From assembly GCA_034423115.1 (NCBI GenBank), contig DAOUJD010000064.1, positions 9,799 to 73,798 of the forward strand: a stretch of DNA of 64,000 bases, written 5' to 3'. The position numbers were made by a program, and so were the translations under genes. Shown here piece after piece: positions 63,068-64,000 of this stretch. The DNA is from Dehalococcoidia bacterium (GTDB lineage: Bacteria; Chloroflexota; Dehalococcoidia; Lucifugimonadales; UBA3495). Every line of letters begins with the position of its first letter. Position 1 is the stretch's first letter. A model generated the notes under the pieces. It was not told the DNA's origin and searched no databases. It saw only the letters and a list, made by a program, of their open reading frames with translations.

Positions 63068-64000
63068 TGTGGCCGCCGCATGTTGCAGCCGCGGCACAGG
63101 GGCTTCGCCGCGTAGTTGCCCTGGAGATGCCGGTAAGCGGCGCTTTCCCAGATGTCGCGCAGACTCAGGGAGTTGAGGTTGCCGAAGTCCCCCAGCGTGC
63201 GTCGCAGCGCGTCCGGAGCGCAGCACGGGTTGAACCTGCCGTCGGCGGCCACCCACGCCTCCTGGCCCAGGAAGGGACACTCACCGCTGGGAGCGATGTC
63301 CTCGGTCGCGTGCTCATCCAGGGGGAAGATGTTATCCAGCAGGACCCGGTGCCCGTCAGGGAGACGAAAACGTTCAACAGTGGCTTGGGCGCGTGCCACG
63401 GCGTCGTTCCAGCGGGCTATGGCCTCGGGATCCCGCCGCATTGACTGGTTTCCCATCTTGGCGGCGTGTACCCACAGGTGATGTCCTTTCACCCGGTCCA
63501 CGCCCAACTCAGCTGCCAGTTCGACCACGGCGGGCAGCTCGGCGTAGTTGACCTCCATGAACGTGAGCTGGAAGGTCACCCGGCAACGGTTGCCGCCGGC
63601 GGCGGCGTGGGCGTCCCTGACTTTGATGAAGGCCCTCACGTTTTCTAGGACCCATTCCCAGTTGGAGCCCAGCATCACCCGCTCCTGCGTTTCCTTAGTC
63701 GCGCCGTTCCAAGACACCTTGACGTCGGAACCCACCGGCACGATGCGTTCTGCCCAGGCGAGGGCTCCCCGTCCGGGAAACGTCCCGTTGGTGGTCAGGT
63801 TCAGCTTGACCCCGTACTTGGAACACAGGTCGATGATCTCGTCCATGTGCCGGTAGAGGAGTGGTTCACCCATGGTGGACGGGATGATCTCCCGCAGGCC
63901 GTTTCCCGCCGCATCTGCCAAAACCCGCCGGATCAGGTCGATGTCCATGCGGCGCTTGGGCAACCCCGCCATGCGGCGGTCGGGCTGGGTGTTGCTGTAG
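63064..64000 (-). CDS. radical SAM protein with C-terminal SPASM/twitch-like Cys domain, N-terminus outside the window
   Basis: The frame stays open to the window edge (..YSNTQPDRRMAGLPKRR..), so the CxxxCxxC motif should lie just beyond 64000. Motifs MGEPLLY, NLTTNGT, and C-terminal CPFLG..NPCC..CRGC. Confidence 0.8.
   Translation of the reverse strand, partial: YSNTQPDRRMAGLPKRRMDIDLIRRVLADAAGNGLREIIPSTMGEPLLYRHMDEIIDLCSKYGVKLNLTTNGTFPGRGALAWAERIVPVGSDVKVSWNGATKETQERVMLGSNWEWVLENVRAFIKVRDAHAAAGGNRCRVTFQLTFMEVNYAELPAVVELAAELGVDRVKGHHLWVHAAKMGNQSMRRDPEAIARWNDAVARAQATVERFRLPDGHRVLLDNIFPLDEHATEDIAPSGECPFLGQEAWVAADGRFNPCCAPDALRRTLGDFGNLNSLSLRDIWESAAYRHLQGNYAAKPLCRGCNMRRPQ

Overview
This is a high-GC window (about 60% by eye, not computed), densely coded, and read without any homology search. 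All family calls come from motifs I recognised in the translations. Several starts were moved from the ORF-track start to an internal start that has a Shine-Dalgarno sequence or a signal peptide.

About 80% of the window (1-50.9 kb) is a catabolic and transport backbone:
- five luciferase-like (LLM, F420/flavin) oxidoreductase paralogs
- two acyl-CoA dehydrogenases and an enoyl-CoA hydratase
- SDR, MDR and HIBADH-type dehydrogenases
- a Rieske dioxygenase alpha/beta pair
- amidase and amidohydrolase genes, a TldD/PmbA pair and ilvD
- a proVWX-like betaine ABC operon, several orphan lipoprotein solute-binding proteins and an MsbA-like exporter

This content, together with mycothiol/DinB-type and F420-type families and strong GGAGG ribosome-binding sites, suggests Chloroflexota (SAR202-like) or Actinomycetota. 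That placement is inference only.

From about 50.9 to 59.7 kb there is a lower-GC, gene-poor accessory patch. It holds:
- a DUF4258/DUF2283 toxin-antitoxin-like pair followed by a helical Cys-tailed protein
- a complete IS4-family element with 22-bp inverted repeats
- two canonical minus-strand intrinsic terminators bracketing a ~330-nt unit
- duplicated sequence fragments, including a perfect 20-bp direct repeat 4.7 kb apart
- orphan ORFs

The right edge (60.7-64.0 kb) carries a translationally coupled operon: radical-SAM/SPASM, then a WG-repeat/O-methyltransferase fusion, then a histidine phosphatase. It continues outside the window.

Other points of note:
- a hicB antitoxin followed by a hicA toxin interrupted by one in-frame TAG
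- a B12-binding radical-SAM homolog that lacks the CxxxCxxC cysteines, inside a tight six-gene cluster of unknown function
- an FN3-helical-LivJ fusion protein next to its stand-alone paralog
- an AtzG/AtzE-like small-subunit/amidase pair

I did not recognise any rRNA, tRNA or CRISPR array by eye. Nothing here can be called a proven new system; the candidates are ranked in the findings.
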